Below are positions 23,089 through 36,155 of a stretch of DNA of 64,000 nucleotides, in pieces. The translations under genes and the position numbers were made by a program. Position 1 is the first letter of the stretch. Each line of letters begins with the position of its first letter. Origin of the DNA: Eukaryota sp. GEM-RC1 (lineage: Eukaryota); contig JAUFOQ010000010.1 of assembly GCA_040285855.1 (NCBI GenBank), positions 1,364,001-1,428,000 of the forward strand, read 5' to 3'. The notes under the pieces were generated by a model. The model saw only the letters and a program-made list of their open reading frames with translations, was not told the origin of the DNA and made no database searches.

Positions 23089-23966
23089 ATCAATGCTAAT
23101 CAGAAATTGTTAGACTATAAAGTCTGTTTATTATTGAATGATACAGTGTTCCTTAAGAAGCTGAAACTTGAATTCTGTTGAGATTTTTTGAATAGTGTTC
23201 ATCTAGAAGGTTTAAGTTCTAGTTTTTGTGTCATTGAAGTAACACTTATTCTTTAATTGTTTCCAGGTCTCATGAGGGATTAACTGTTTCATTGTTGTGA
23301 ATCTAGAATCACAGATGTCATGAGAACCCCAAAATTGTTGAAACGCAATTGATTTCAAGTAAAAGTATGCCAAATTATTACCCTAATATCATACATTGCG
23401 TATTTTAAATACACAATCATTTTGTTCTCTTCTTTCGATTATGCGGTTTTTCATATGGGTTTAATCAGAGTACAATAATACTTTATGTTATTCATTTTAA
23501 ACCTACGACATGTAGAAAACATTACAGTCGCCGAATTATCTATTAAATCCGATTTTTGGAGAATAAGTGGTTACAATTTTTGCATATTTGCTGATGAACA
23601 AATGTGTCGTTTTTAAAGAGCACTGGACACAATAAATGAGTAAGTAAACTTTCATAAGAATGATCGAAACAGATACAGTTGCTCAAAAGAACTATTAATT
23701 GTCCTCTTTGTGGAACGTTTGGTTGCTTCGGTCAACAATTTCTCACATATTTTGGCAATTTGTGTAAGCAATATGGAAAGAACTTGACACAACCAAAAGC
23801 TGTGACGTGTCAGTTGAGGCTTTAACTAGGAGAAGATGTTCATAAATGACCAGAAAATATTGTCATGCCACAATATCGTTTTTGAGTTCTTAGATGTCTC
23901 AACTACATGAATGTTTGTGCAATGTTGATGATGTAGACAAAAACGATCCTAGTCCAGACTATTTTC

Positions 23967-24415
23967 TAGTGTTGCACGAAATGTTTCGGCGTTTCCCACG
24001 TTTCCGTTAATGACTCCGAGGAAACGCATCCGAAACGTGAATAAATGTTTCCAAAACTTGATGATTACCGTTAATTTCTTGAAAAGTATGTTCAGTTTAT
24101 TGTACTTTAATGGTCTTTATATGAAAATTGTGAAAATTGTGATCAAAAAGTTGGATATATAGTAGCAAACCACTAAAACAAAAACACTTGTTGGGATAAC
24201 TGTAGTTTGTGATCAAATTTTCTCTGTAAATTTGACCACATTGGGAAGTACAATCCATAACATCAAGTATAACACCTGCACATACAACAAAGAACTGATA
24301 AAAAGAATATATACCAGTTAATCGGAATTTTTTCGAAGAGAGAATGTTGGTGGAGAGAAATTGAGATGTACAAACATAAATTGACAAGAATTTTCACACG
24401 TTTCGTGCAACACTT
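23967..24415. mobile_element. hAT-type MITE (449 bp)
   Basis: TIR TAGTGTTGCACGAAA / TTTCGTGCAACACTT, TSD CTATTTTC / CTGTTTTC (7 of 8), and internal GTTTCC/GAAAC motifs. Confidence 0.8.
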
Positions 24416-25803
24416 CTGTTTTCTTTTCTTAACAATTAGTTTGGTCACCGATTGGTGTAGTGAAATGAACATGGTTGTATTAAGCAAAGAACCCTATCTT
24501 GATTTAAACGTAAATACAAAATTTGTGATTCTGCCAAAAAATGTACACTTTGTCAAATTTGACGCTTTTAAAAATCCACCAAAGTTAGCTGATGAAAAGA
24601 GTAATGCGGCAATTTCGTCCTAAAAACACTTAAAAACTAAGTTCCTGAAAAATTACAATTTTGTACCTAAATTAATGGTAAGTTTGGGTTGGACTGATCA
24701 CAAATTGAGCTTTACTTAAACAAACGTTTACTTGACAGTTAAATCTGATTGTGTAGTGTGAGTTTAGTGAAATTACTACTATTGAACTGGCGAACACTAT
24801 ACTTAAGCAGCTGTTGTATTGTCAATATAAAACTGAATAACTGTTGTTTATAACAAAATGAAACACATCAAACTCAAACTAATTATAAAAAATATACAAT
24901 AACACAGTTTTTGGTTCTTTATGTTCACACTCTTCCTTTTAAAAGTATCGTACAAAGTGTACCATGTGTTTTTGAACACGATTGTTGTCTACAACAGGAA
25001 CACGTCACAAATGTCCCACGTTCATTCGCGAAAAACCATTACATCAGTCATTGTACCATCTCAGGGGTTAGAGTATGCTTCATCTTAAGTCAATTACGTG
25101 GTCATTTTGTTAATTGAATCTTTCCTTCAGAAGAAAGAAAGAATGATAAGTAGTAGGCTGGAAGAAAATGAAGTCCAATTTGGATTCTTCCTCTAAATTC
25201 ATTCCTTTTGTTATCTCAATTCTGGGTAATAATGGAAGTATTGCTGAAAATTTCTTTGTTTCCTTTTTTAAAAAATGTGTTGTGATTAAAGGAAACAGTG
25301 TACTCATACTCTTTACCGCAATCACATTGTTTTTTCTTTATACAGAAGTTTTCCAAAGTATTTGAATTCTATACTGGATAACTTTTTATCGTGGTTCAAG
25401 AGTAGATGTAGATCATTTAATATGTTTTAAGTACAGATATGTATTTCGTTAATTCTTGTTCATTGCTTATAAATCCACAAACAATTTATAATTTTTCTTA
25501 TTACATTGTCAACAACTTGACAGAATACATCATTTTTCTACATTACTTTCTAAAATTTAATGACGTTGTTTTGCCAATCAAATTTGATGATACAACTACA
25601 AATAAGGAGCTGAGAGATTCGACTGATGAGCACTATCGCTAGTGCTCTATAATAGACCTATAATACTAATAAAAAAGTAGATAATTGTTCTTTATAACAT
25701 GAAAACCATCAAGACGGAAAATTTGAACAATTCAATGACACAGTTTTAGATTCTTTATGAAACTAAACACATGTTTGTTCAAATTTTCAAAACAATCAAA
25801 AAT

Positions 25804-28220
25804 TTAAATTAATAATACAATTAAAAACCTTAAAAAGTCTTTTGTTATCGGTGAAAACTCTTCCTCTAATGCTAATTCATCACTTCCACGATAATAAGAA
25901 TTAAAATCTAATTTAAAAGTGAAAAATTTGAGAGATTGATCCCGAATCTTGTTCATACTACTGATGAGTTGTGAAATCAAAATTTTAAATTTTCGCGAAT
26001 GTTCGTTCAGCAAATTCTGTGCAACACCAGATTTTTCACATATTTCAGTAAAAATTTTAATTTTCTTAGATTCTAATCCAGCAACGTCACCACCAAATTC
26101 ACCTTCCATATTCCACAAGTCAATATTAGCCACAACATCTCGATAATTAGCCAAAGAAAAAGACAAATCTTCAGAATATTGGACATGTAGTTTTTCAAAT
26201 TGATAGATTATTTCAAACAATTGCATCAAAATACTTTTAACTTCAAGTGATGCCACATCAGGGTCAAGAAAAGTCCTCGTAATCAAATTGACCGTGAGCT
26301 CTTCATGAGCTGAAATCACATCATCTATTGATTGAGCATTTTTGAGCTTCTCTGAAAATACAGACCAATTCCTTTCCAATACTTCAAAATACACATGATG
26401 CTGTAGAGTAGCAACAAAGTTTTCCATTTCCAATCTCATTAAAAAAGACAAATGAAGCACAGAGAACGCAACATTAGGCAAATCTTGTTTTCTTAAAGGT
26501 ACCGAACCCATCCAGACATTAGCCAAAACACTTTCACAACGTTTAATTTTCCAAATAAAATAAAAAGTGTCCAAATAACGATTAATAATGTGCTGAGGTA
26601 GAACTAAATTTACTGGAGATAAAGGCTCAATGTTATAGTCCAAAGTGAATCGTTGACCCCCAGGAACGTCATCAGTTAAGGGTTTAATATCAAGACAGTT
26701 CAAAATGATCGCGTCATCGTTGATTGCATTCGAGCTTCTGATTGCAGAATCAAGTTCTGTTAGTAAGTTGTGCTTGTAGAAATGTTCAGTGGGTACCATT
26801 AAAGAATTACCAAGATTCTCCATTAAAGCTTGAGCAAAATCTCCTTGACATAGTAATAAATATCTTTTGAGAGCTTCAAAATGACTACAAATATTAAATT
26901 TGTGAGAAATTAACTTCAGCAATCGACTATTGGCTTCTTCAAATGATTTAGATATAACTACACAAAAGATCTATAATCACCTTCTGAAAGGTCATTAACC
27001 ACGTCATCTGATTGCAATGATGACGTGTTGATCACGAATTCAGAGTCAAAACAGTATTCACGTGCAAACGAAACAGCTTTTCCACATAAAAGAATCATAT
27101 TTGCATAGGAACCAGGTAAAAAACAAGGAATTTTTGAATTTTCAAGTTCAAAACCATCAGTCCAAAATTCAAACGCAGATCGAAACGACTCATTTGTCCT
27201 TCTAATCCAAAGCTCACAATCAAAAACTGATTGTCGACCCTCACCACGCGATATGAGCTCTAATTCGCCATCAGCCATCCAGCAACCAATCAATTCTAGC
27301 AGAGGTCGTAAACTCGACTTGAACGACTCTCTACTGATTTTAGAAAAGGTCTCATCACCATGTAGAGACAACTTATACAACTCTGACACCAATCTAGATC
27401 CACTAAACTCTAAGATATAGGATCCAACTAGAGCTGCTCCAGCTAAAGTCTTTTCTGCTTCAGTACACCAAATAGAAATTCGAACTAAAGAAAGAGATTC
27501 TATTTTTAATAAAAGTTCTGAAACCTCAGCTCTATGTGCTGAGACAACGTTTCGTAGTAGAGAGTGAACAGAAGAGACAACTCTGCCGTGGAATGGAAGT
27601 GCCAGAGTCTGCTCAAGTCTTTTAAGGAGAGATCCTACTGAGCAAGGACGGTGCAAGGCAGTATTGATGTTAAGAGGAAGAGAAGGAGAAGGATGAAGAA
27701 TATTGACATTGTTGACGTCATCAAACGTCATATTAATGATCTTAGGAGTAGGGATTCCTTGCAGGGCATGTACAGCAGCAGTGAGGACCGTGGCATCAGG
27801 AAAGGTTATGGAAGGGGGTTTCGCAGAGGAAGTAGAAGGGGCGGGTAATTGAAGATCTTCTGGTTTACGTTGGGGTTTTGAGGGGAGCAGGGACGTGGAA
27901 GAAAAGAATGTGGAAGGCTCAGTTGTTGTGGAGAGAGATGAGAGGACATAGAGGATGTTGAAGTGGTTAGAGAAGTACTTGGAGCTGAAGAAGCGACGGA
28001 GAAGGGCAGAAAGCTTGGGGATTTCAGTAGAGCGACCAGATCGTTGAAGTCTTCGGTATAGGACTTCTTCGAGAGCAAGTTCGTTGTGTGCTGACGATAA
28101 TGGTAGATTAGAACTGAGAAGTTGTGTGTATAGAGGTAATGAGGATTCAACGTCATCTGGTGGCAGAAAGTGACCCATAAGGTCCTTCAGATGCCCTAAG
28201 ATTGTCAATTCATGGGACAT
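25804..28220 (-). CDS. TUBGCP3: Gamma-tubulin complex component 3 (Spc98), one apparent frameshift at ~26965
   Basis: HGD..F, IPCFLP..ANMILLCGKAVSF, HFEALKRYLLLCQGDF and YFEVLERNW motifs. Adding one T in a T run joins the two ORFs. Confidence 0.88.
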
Positions 28221-28497
28221 TATCTTGAAGTTCGAAGTTGAGCTTCTACTGGTAGTAGATTGATGATGAAATTATTCTATTTAATCAACAGTATACTTTG
28301 GCGCTTTCTCATACAAAATAGATTTTTATAGAAGTGTTATAGAGACATACAGGTTGCTTTTTTTGATACGTACACTCTAAAATTGTGGTACATATTTCTT
28401 CAAATTCAATTTGCACGATCACCTTCAAGAAAGAACTGAAAAGTTGGGTCATGTCATTGAAAGGAGAAAAAGGAATGTAGGGAGAGAATCCATAAAA

Positions 28498-30688
28498 ATG
28501 GAGATGGATATGGAGACATGCATTTATTTTGAAACGTACTGGTGGTCGTATCAAAAGAACAAATTCAAATTCATTCCATTTATGATGGCTCCTCTTCACT
28601 GTCACCAAGACTATGAAACTGTGTCCAAATTCAATCGTGGTAAAAATCGAGTAGTTGGAGGTGTTGAAAAGGTTCTCAACAAATACACTGGTAACTTTGC
28701 TGTTCGTAAAACTGTTCCCAATGTTCACGGCGCTCGTGAAAAGATCATCACTGAACTAGATTCCCTACATCCTTCTGTTATCCGATATCACCTCATCGAA
28801 GAAGATCACTTCAACCACTACTTCATCATGGATTACTTCCGTGAAGGCGATCTCCTCTCTTTTCTCCAACCTAAACTTGATCAATCAAACTTAGACACCA
28901 TCTATTCTACTGGAATCATGATTGGGGAAGAACAAGTCTGGCGTTATCTTGCTCAGTTGGTATCTTGCCTAGAATGGCTTCATAATACTGCTGGTATAGC
29001 TCATCGTGATATCAAGTCTGATAATGTCTTGCTGGATGATGATAAAAACGTGGTCATTATGGACTTTGACTCTGCTAAAAGGATTCCACGTGATGATCCT
29101 TGTGTTTTCCACACTGCTGTTGGTACTTCTTTGTACTGCGCCCCGGAAATCGAACTGGGAACTTCATACAGCTATGACGTGGACTTTTACTGTCTTGGGG
29201 CTTTGTTGTATGAGATCTATACTGGTAACTACTTGTTTAGACCAAAACAAGAAGATGGCGACGAAAGTGTACATGAATTCTTGAAGAAACTTAAGTCAAT
29301 GAAGTTAGACGGCTCTGCTGATTTCTCTGAAGTTTCTCCTGAATTCCGAGAGATTATTGCTGGTTTGGTTTCATTAAATCCAAATGAACGTGTTAACACC
29401 TTTCAAGGATTATTGCGAAATGAAAAAGTTATGCGTTACAGAAAGTTGTATCATGTACCTCGACCTAGATTCTGTACAATCACTCCTTGGCCTGATTACA
29501 CTTGCCTAATTATTTCTGATCGGGCAAAACAATTATGGAAAGTGGACGAAATCGACGAATTTGGTGAGCTTGCTCAAGTGCTTTTAGTAAATGTTGATAA
29601 CGTTACAGTAACACCAGACAATTACCGCAATTTTCTTCTACATCTGTGGACCTTCATTCTCAAAGACAAAAACACACCTGTTGAGTTCATGATGACGTGT
29701 ATTCAGTTTAGTAACACCTTGAATTCTGGTTGGAGATCTTTGATGTCATGTGGAAGTTTTGACGAAGAAGAAAATTTTCAATTATCTGAAATTCCAATTT
29801 GTTTAAATCCTTATACGTGTGAACACCTCTATGGTCAAACTAGTGATGAGGCCAAAGTTCACCTTAAAGAAAGAAAAACACGTGTGTCGCTTTAGTAACT
29901 GTAAAAGTACTGACCCTGATCATTTTAAATATTTCATACATTTTTCAAAATTGCCTCGTTGTTGTGCTTCTTCTCGATGTCGTGGTATCAATGATCCTGT
30001 TCATAGATTTAGATTTTCTCATCCCATTGACCGATTTATTCCTTACAGGTGTTATGACGGAGCAAAATGTAGAAAACAAAATAATCGTAATCACATCCTC
30101 AAATACGGTCATTGGGAGTCTGATTGTGATGGAATGTTTGGGTTAAAAACTGACTTTGATGATGAGTTTCAGAATCAATTAACTCAACTCGCACAACGTT
30201 ATCCCAATGCGTTAGTTAAGTTATTTTCCGGTGAAATTAACGAAACTGCAATGGAATTGTTAGAAGTATTATTACATGACTCAGTTGATTCTTTACAAGA
30301 TGCTTTTATTAATGTTGTTGGCAGAGAAGGGATCAACTCAGTTTTAATGTATTTTTCTATTGATGCAGATGCTTTTTGTTCCGTGTTTTCAATGTGTCTG
30401 AAAGAACTTGATTATAACACTTCTTTGGAGAGAGTTTTTATAATCATCACTGAAATTTTATTTTGGCCTTTACTCAAAAAGTTGAACAATTTTGAAAATT
30501 CTAACTATGGGCGAAAAATTACTGCGTTGAAGAGCGAATTATTTGATGGATCTATCCTTCAGAAAAATGTCGTTTTTTTGAAGGACTTCGTTGAACAATG
30601 GTTCCATTACTTGAAATTCAATCCACCAGCAAATCATCGATCATCAGAGGTCGTTAAACTCATTACTGCGTTTTGTAGTAAATTTTAA
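28498..30688 (+). CDS. Ser/Thr protein kinase with four PBZ-like zinc fingers (apparent frameshift at ~29875; start uncertain)
   Basis: HRDIKSDN, DFD, GTSLYCAPE and DFYCLG motifs, then repeated C..C..H-x5-H units such as CYDGAKCRKQNNRNHILKYGH. Removing one A from the A5 run fuses the two ORFs. Confidence 0.8.
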
Positions 30689-31430
30689 ATCTTTTGATTT
30701 TCTTTTTTCCTTACTATTTTAGATGTTTATAAAACTTTGTATTTTAATAAGTTGGTTTTCGTTCACTAGGTAAATGGTACAGCCCTTTTTCTTTTTAGAA
30801 GTAAAGACAAATTAAAGAACTCACCCACAATAATCAATTCATTGCAGTGTACTTTATCATAAACTGAATTTGCAACGAAATGATTACTTTAAATGTCCAT
30901 TTTTATTTTGAACCAAAATGAACGTGTCTATGATACTGTAAACTATTATTAATAGTATTATTATCAACACAGAGTTTTGAGAGATATCAATGAACAATGT
31001 ATTATTAGCTTTGTGAAATATACTTTTCCTACAAGCATCAATAGAAACCACATAATCAATAGTCAGATCGGAGGTAACTGACGGAACAGTCTCATGTTTA
31101 ACGGCTTGGACTCACTTTACCCCTGACAGAACAGTAGTTCTATTCAACTCGAAAAATTTAGAAGTATATCGTACAGGATACTGTAGTTAAACGAACCAAG
31201 TACTGTTGAAAACAAAACGATATAATCATAAAGCGACAGAAACAAAGCAGAACCTTTCGAACATGATATGATTCGCTCCATTTTGATTGTATGTAGAACT
31301 CTTACCCTGTATTAGACTTTAATTCTTTAGATGAATTCTTAATTAACTTAATTTTGACACATTTTTGCAATAAATTTATGACCTATAGATCAATAAGAAC
31401 ATACACAATACGTAACTACGAAATCAACTC

Positions 31431-31958
31431 CTAAAGGGGAAACTCCTTACAAGGATCAGTTTTTCCACACACAGAGCAACCACCTCTACTTAACCCTCCA
31501 CTAGGGAAATAGTGGATCTTGAACTGTTCATTTACAAAGAGATGAGCCTGATCACGTGACCATTTGGAACATTGGCTTAAAGTACCTCTATAACCATCTT
31601 CACATCGTCCAGGACATTTGCATCTATACAAGGGGAAGATCAGATCTGCGTTAGAGTCAACAATGGGAAGGATGGCTTCAGATAAGGATCGTTCGAAAAC
31701 TTCGGTAACACTTGTACTGTCATCAGCATGAGGGGCGATGTAGACGTCGCAGAGGCTGCAGCTTCCAGGAACGAAGTGGGCGGCTGCAATGTAAGTACAA
31801 CGAGCATTGGGAGAAACATCTAGTTCTTTGGCAGTTTCTTGGCAGTAGCAGTAACATCTGGCAGCAGTACCTCTGAAAGGATTACCACACCTACCTGGGC
31901 AACGGCAATCAGCCCAAACAATGGTCAGAACAAGAAGAAAGATCACGATAAGTTGCAT
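31431..31958 (-). CDS. Small secreted Cys-rich protein with two internal repeats
   Basis: Signal-like MQLIVIFLLVLTIVWA, then CRCPGRC..RGT..C and CKCPGRC..RGT..C modules. Confidence 0.75.
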   Translation of the reverse strand: MQLIVIFLLVLTIVWADCRCPGRCGNPFRGTAARCYCYCQETAKELDVSPNARCTYIAAAHFVPGSCSLCDVYIAPHADDSTSVTEVFERSLSEAILPIVDSNADLIFPLYRCKCPGRCEDGYRGTLSQCSKWSRDQAHLFVNEQFKIHYFPSGGLSRGGCSVCGKTDPCKEFPL

Positions 31959-32322
31959 TGATTGAAGAGAAATGAAGAGGAATTTGTCATCGTTTTTAAT
32001 ACCAATCAAAGGGCAATTATCTACATAATACATAAAGCAAACACATCATAAAAAGGGACGTAGCGTTCTCTGTTGTCAGTTCCCCTCATCTCGATGAAAA
32101 AACTGGGAATAGGATTCAAAATTCAGTTCAAAGTGCCATGATTCATCAATTCTGCCGATTGCGTGTACAACATAGATTGTTTACTATACAAAATAGAAGT
32201 GCGTGAAGAGATATTGTTGCTCTGGGTTCTACTTTATTATTTTTAAAGACTTAAAAATTGAATTCTCCGCAGACACTTCGATTCAAAAGACACCCATTCA
32301 CAACATACCGAAGAAAACACAG

Positions 32323-33625
32323 ATGGCCAAGGCAGCAGCTCAAAAAAACATCTCTAATGCTTCAAAACCAAACACACCAAGAAATCAATACCAAGGTGGA
32401 AATCAAAGGACCAAAGGATATGAAACAGGAACCCTGGCTCGATCGAATCAACATAGACCGAATCAAAACAAGAAGCCTTATAATCGAAAGAACAATAACA
32501 GACCAAAGAAAACATCTTGTCTCGAAAGCTTCTTCAAGGGACTTGTCTACGCAATATCTACCATCATAATACTGGCTCTTTTCGGATTCTTCGTTCACGA
32601 TTTTGTTGTCAACTTATCCAATGCAAAACAAAGGATAACGTATGAGGTAAACAGTTGCAGAACTAGTTACGCAGAAAGTAACTGTGCGAATACTGTTGGG
32701 ACTTCTCAACTCAATTCATTCTGTAAAGAATGTGAGTTATGCATGAAGAGAAGTCCTAATGATGTACAAACGTTCGAAATATTGATGGAGACAGTAATAA
32801 CTGTTCTGAACAGGATATTGGAGTCTGCAAATCAGGGCTGTTCAAAAAATAATTGCATTTTGCAATAACTGCAATAATGATGTATTGCAGTATTGCAATA
32901 CAGTATTGCACATGGTTGGATTATTGCAGTATAATATTGCGTGTGATTCGGTATTGCAGTTATTGTAAGCAATAGTCAGCCGATTTCTGGACACATTCTC
33001 TTGATTTTTCCTTGATATACTACTAGTAGTATGGTGTATTCATAGCTAATATTATGATTAATTGGCTGGTGTTGTTAAGGTCAGTGTATAATCTAATGGG
33101 TAACTAAGATGATGGATTTGAAAAGACGAATAAAATCAGCTGAGTCATTAGTTTTAGGGTCATACAAGTAAAGCAACCAAATTCAGCGATCAATGATGTC
33201 TCAGCAAATCCACAGTAAGAGATCCATACGATTTTCCATCTGAAACATGGAGTTTTTTTCTTCCAAAGGAAGAGTATCAGTGGGGTATTCAATTTGCTGA
33301 AATAGTTGCTCATTGGAAACTGGTTTTGTAATCAATATATTGATAAATACACTATATGTAGAATATATTTAAAGATGAAGAGATATGTGAAGAAACAGAA
33401 TGTGTCGTTGAAAAATATTGCAATACAGTATTGCAGCAGGACCAATTATTGCAATGCAATATTGCAACTACATATAGTATTGCAGTACAGTATTGGTGGA
33501 AAGAACAAGGTGCAATACATTGCAATTATTTTTTGAAGAGCCCTGCTGCAAATGCTGAAACTAAGGTCTTCTTGCTGTTTTCAATCGGTATCACTACATG
33601 TATCCTTCTTTTTCGTCGCAAATAG
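32323..33625 (+). CDS. BRL1: Brl1/Brr6-family nuclear-envelope protein, interrupted by a hAT MITE
   Basis: TM helix, then EVNSC..Y..SNC..C..CELCM..P (Brr6-like Cys domain). Removing 32833-33553 restores ..LESANAETKVFLLFSIGITTCILLFRRK* (second TM). Confidence 0.75.
32833..33545 (+). mobile_element. Non-autonomous derivative of the 5847-8026 hAT family (713 bp)
   Basis: TIR CAGGGCTGTTCAAAAAATAATTGCA / TGCAATTATTTTTTGAAGAGCCCTG, perfect TSD CTGCAAAT, the same TATTGCA arrays, and a relic of the transposase 5' end (TCTCAGCAAATC..AGTAAGAGATC). Confidence 0.97.
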
Positions 33626-33736
33626 TAATGTTATAGTAGAGTTGGAGTCCAGTGCAGTAAATCTCTGTATTTGTTGTGACATTGTATAGAAAACGATGAC
33701 GTGGCTTCTGGTTCACAATCCTCACTCCAAATCCAA

Positions 33737-34756
33737 ATGTCTCAAAGTTCGTGTAGCAAATGTTCACAGGGACATAATCCTCCCCAGAATCCTGTGACTA
33801 CCTGGTGTGGTCACACCTTCTGCATGTCTCATCTTCTGGACTGGTTAAACACCAACAAAATATGCCCTCTTTGTACAGAACAAGCAGAACAAGTCTCTGC
33901 TTCTGGACAGCGTCAATTTCTCTGCAAAGAGTGCGATACAGCATCAGCCACAGTCTTTTGTGATAAATGCCCTGCCGATCTCTGTGATGAATGTTCTCAA
34001 CAGATTCATGACCTGACGCTCTTCAAATCCCATTCACCTATCTCCATTGAAGAGAAGTACTCATCATCTCCCCCTAGTTGCTCCAGTACTGATCAACATA
34101 ATCCTCCCCCAACAAGTTGTTTTGCCAGATTGAGTTCCGAGCTACTTGAGTTGATCAGTCGTATTAAGACCAATGACGTGGGACGTCTCGACCTCTACAA
34201 CACCCCCATCTACCGAGACGAAGCTATTACTATTGCTTCCTGTCTGAAGGATAATACTTCGGTGACTTATATCGACTTGTTGGGGTCTACTATTGGAGAG
34301 GAAGGGGCGGTTGCGTTTGCTGATGCTTTGAAGAGTAATTCATCGGTTTCTTCCATTTATCTGAGTGGAAATTCTATTGGGGATAAAGGTACTATCGCAC
34401 TCGCTGAAGCTTTGAAGGTTAACTCTTCACTTACACTTCTTTATCTCTCTTTGAATTCAATTGGAAAAGAGGGGGCCATTGCGTTAGCTGAAGCATTAAA
34501 GGTTAATTCGTCAGTTGAAATGATTGATTTGCAGAGAAATGATATAGGTAATGATGGGGCCATTGCAATTGCTGAGGCTTTGAGAGTTAATTCATCCCTT
34601 CGAATTCTGTATTTACAGGATAATTCGATTGGTAATGAAGGGGCTATTGCGATTGCTGAGGCGTTGAAGGAAAATTCCAAAATCCGCGAGATTTATCTTC
34701 ACAAAAACCCATTTGATAGTGATTTAAGTTGTTTACAAAGTTCTAGACTTGTTTAG
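33737..34756 (+). CDS. RING, B-box and ribonuclease-inhibitor-type LRR protein
   Basis: CSKC..CGHTFC..CPLC RING, CKEC..FCDKC..C..C..H B-box, and about seven 28-aa repeats LxLxxNxIGxEGAxAxAEALKxNSS. Confidence 0.9.
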   Translation: MSQSSCSKCSQGHNPPQNPVTTWCGHTFCMSHLLDWLNTNKICPLCTEQAEQVSASGQRQFLCKECDTASATVFCDKCPADLCDECSQQIHDLTLFKSHSPISIEEKYSSSPPSCSSTDQHNPPPTSCFARLSSELLELISRIKTNDVGRLDLYNTPIYRDEAITIASCLKDNTSVTYIDLLGSTIGEEGAVAFADALKSNSSVSSIYLSGNSIGDKGTIALAEALKVNSSLTLLYLSLNSIGKEGAIALAEALKVNSSVEMIDLQRNDIGNDGAIAIAEALRVNSSLRILYLQDNSIGNEGAIAIAEALKENSKIREIYLHKNPFDSDLSCLQSSRLV

Positions 34757-35399
34757 TGAATATGTAGACTTATTTAGTGTATAGTTATGTGGTGTATCTC
34801 TTGTTTACTTAAATGTATAGCTTAGTATCCATTGTCTTGATTGTACTACACCACTTTTAAATTTACTACTCTTTTTTCTCACAAAAACAGTTTTATTATA
34901 AATGTAATAGATCAAACAACTACAATTTGAGGTCATTAAAACAACACCCGTCGCTATCAAACTTTACAACAGCTTTGTCCTCATCAAAGGAACTCACTGC
35001 TAATAAAGCATAAGCTTTAGTAACAAGAGTTTTATTTCAAAACATATTTATAGACAATGTGCCAAAACATACTACAGTACAGTACTATGGGATATCAGAT
35101 GCTCTAACAAGAATTCATTCAATAAGCTCATAGAATGTCTCGTCTGCTTCTATGTTTTGGGTCAAAACAATACTTTAAACTTTTCTATAGTTCGACCAAT
35201 TTTAACTTACATTTGTTGTGGAATCATATAAAAGACCACAAAAACAAAATCTGGAGAACATAATCTTGGGGTGACTTAAATTCTACCGTCTCACACTCAT
35301 CCATTGAGAAAACTTGTGGAAGTTCAAAATGAACTTCAAATCAACCCTGTTGAGTAACAGTTTAAATGACAATATTTGACAATAAAAATTTAAATTAAA

Positions 35400-35960
35400 A
35401 AATTTTCGTCCAAAATCAATCACTTTTGCACTCAATCAATCCTGAACTTACTATGGATTTAGCCACAAAATGTAATTCTTTGAGAACTCAATTCTCAAGT
35501 GATCTTGTAGAGGTTAATCACGAGAGATTGCCCTATCACGCATTTTCATCGGCTTATTTTGGCGGTGTGGGCTTTACACGAGCTTCATACTTAACTAAAA
35601 GTGCGTTTATTGGGGGAATGAAGAATTTTCTATTTGAATTTAAATCCAGATACGGTTTTTTGTTATACGAAAATCTCATTCATTCTACTCCTTGGCTAAG
35701 TTCGTCTCAGTTAATGACAATTTGGATTTGAATATTTGGAACAGCTGTTTTCCTTCTCATTTACCAAGTATCCCTAAAAAACTCCATTGTATCTCCCTTT
35801 ATGTGTGGTCAAACTTCAAAATAAGCTTTTGAAGGTATTCCTGTAATTTGAAAAGGGTTTGAGTGTTACTAAAATTAATAATCCCGTTTTTGCTGCTTTC
35901 TTAAATGACATTAAGAATTCAACTTGCTTAATCAATCCACAACCACGAATTTTCGGTGTC
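35400..35960 (+). pseudogene. Probable non-LTR retrotransposon fragment (post-RT region)
   Basis: HAFSSAYFGGVGFTRAS..SAFIGG resembles the GGLG block after RT in RLE-type LINEs, and the stretch is absent from the paralogous upstream blocks. Confidence 0.5.
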
Positions 35961-36155
35961 TAGTATTTATCAGCTTTTATTATGATATGTAGTTTTGTAC
36001 CCTCCATCAGTAAACTTTTTTTAACAGTTAAACTTGCAGATTCGGTTATACACTTTTCCAGTTGATAAGCAGTTACGAACTTTCATCTATTGTTAAATAC
36101 AATGTATTATTAATGAGTCTAAGTACGTATCGATGTTACTTACAGTATTAAGAAG

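Noticed and set aside
9700..29900. Programmed ribosomal frameshifting or stop-codon reassignment
   Set aside because: The breaks share no motif, need different shift directions and fall in short homopolymers. TAA, TAG and TGA all terminate conserved genes normally.
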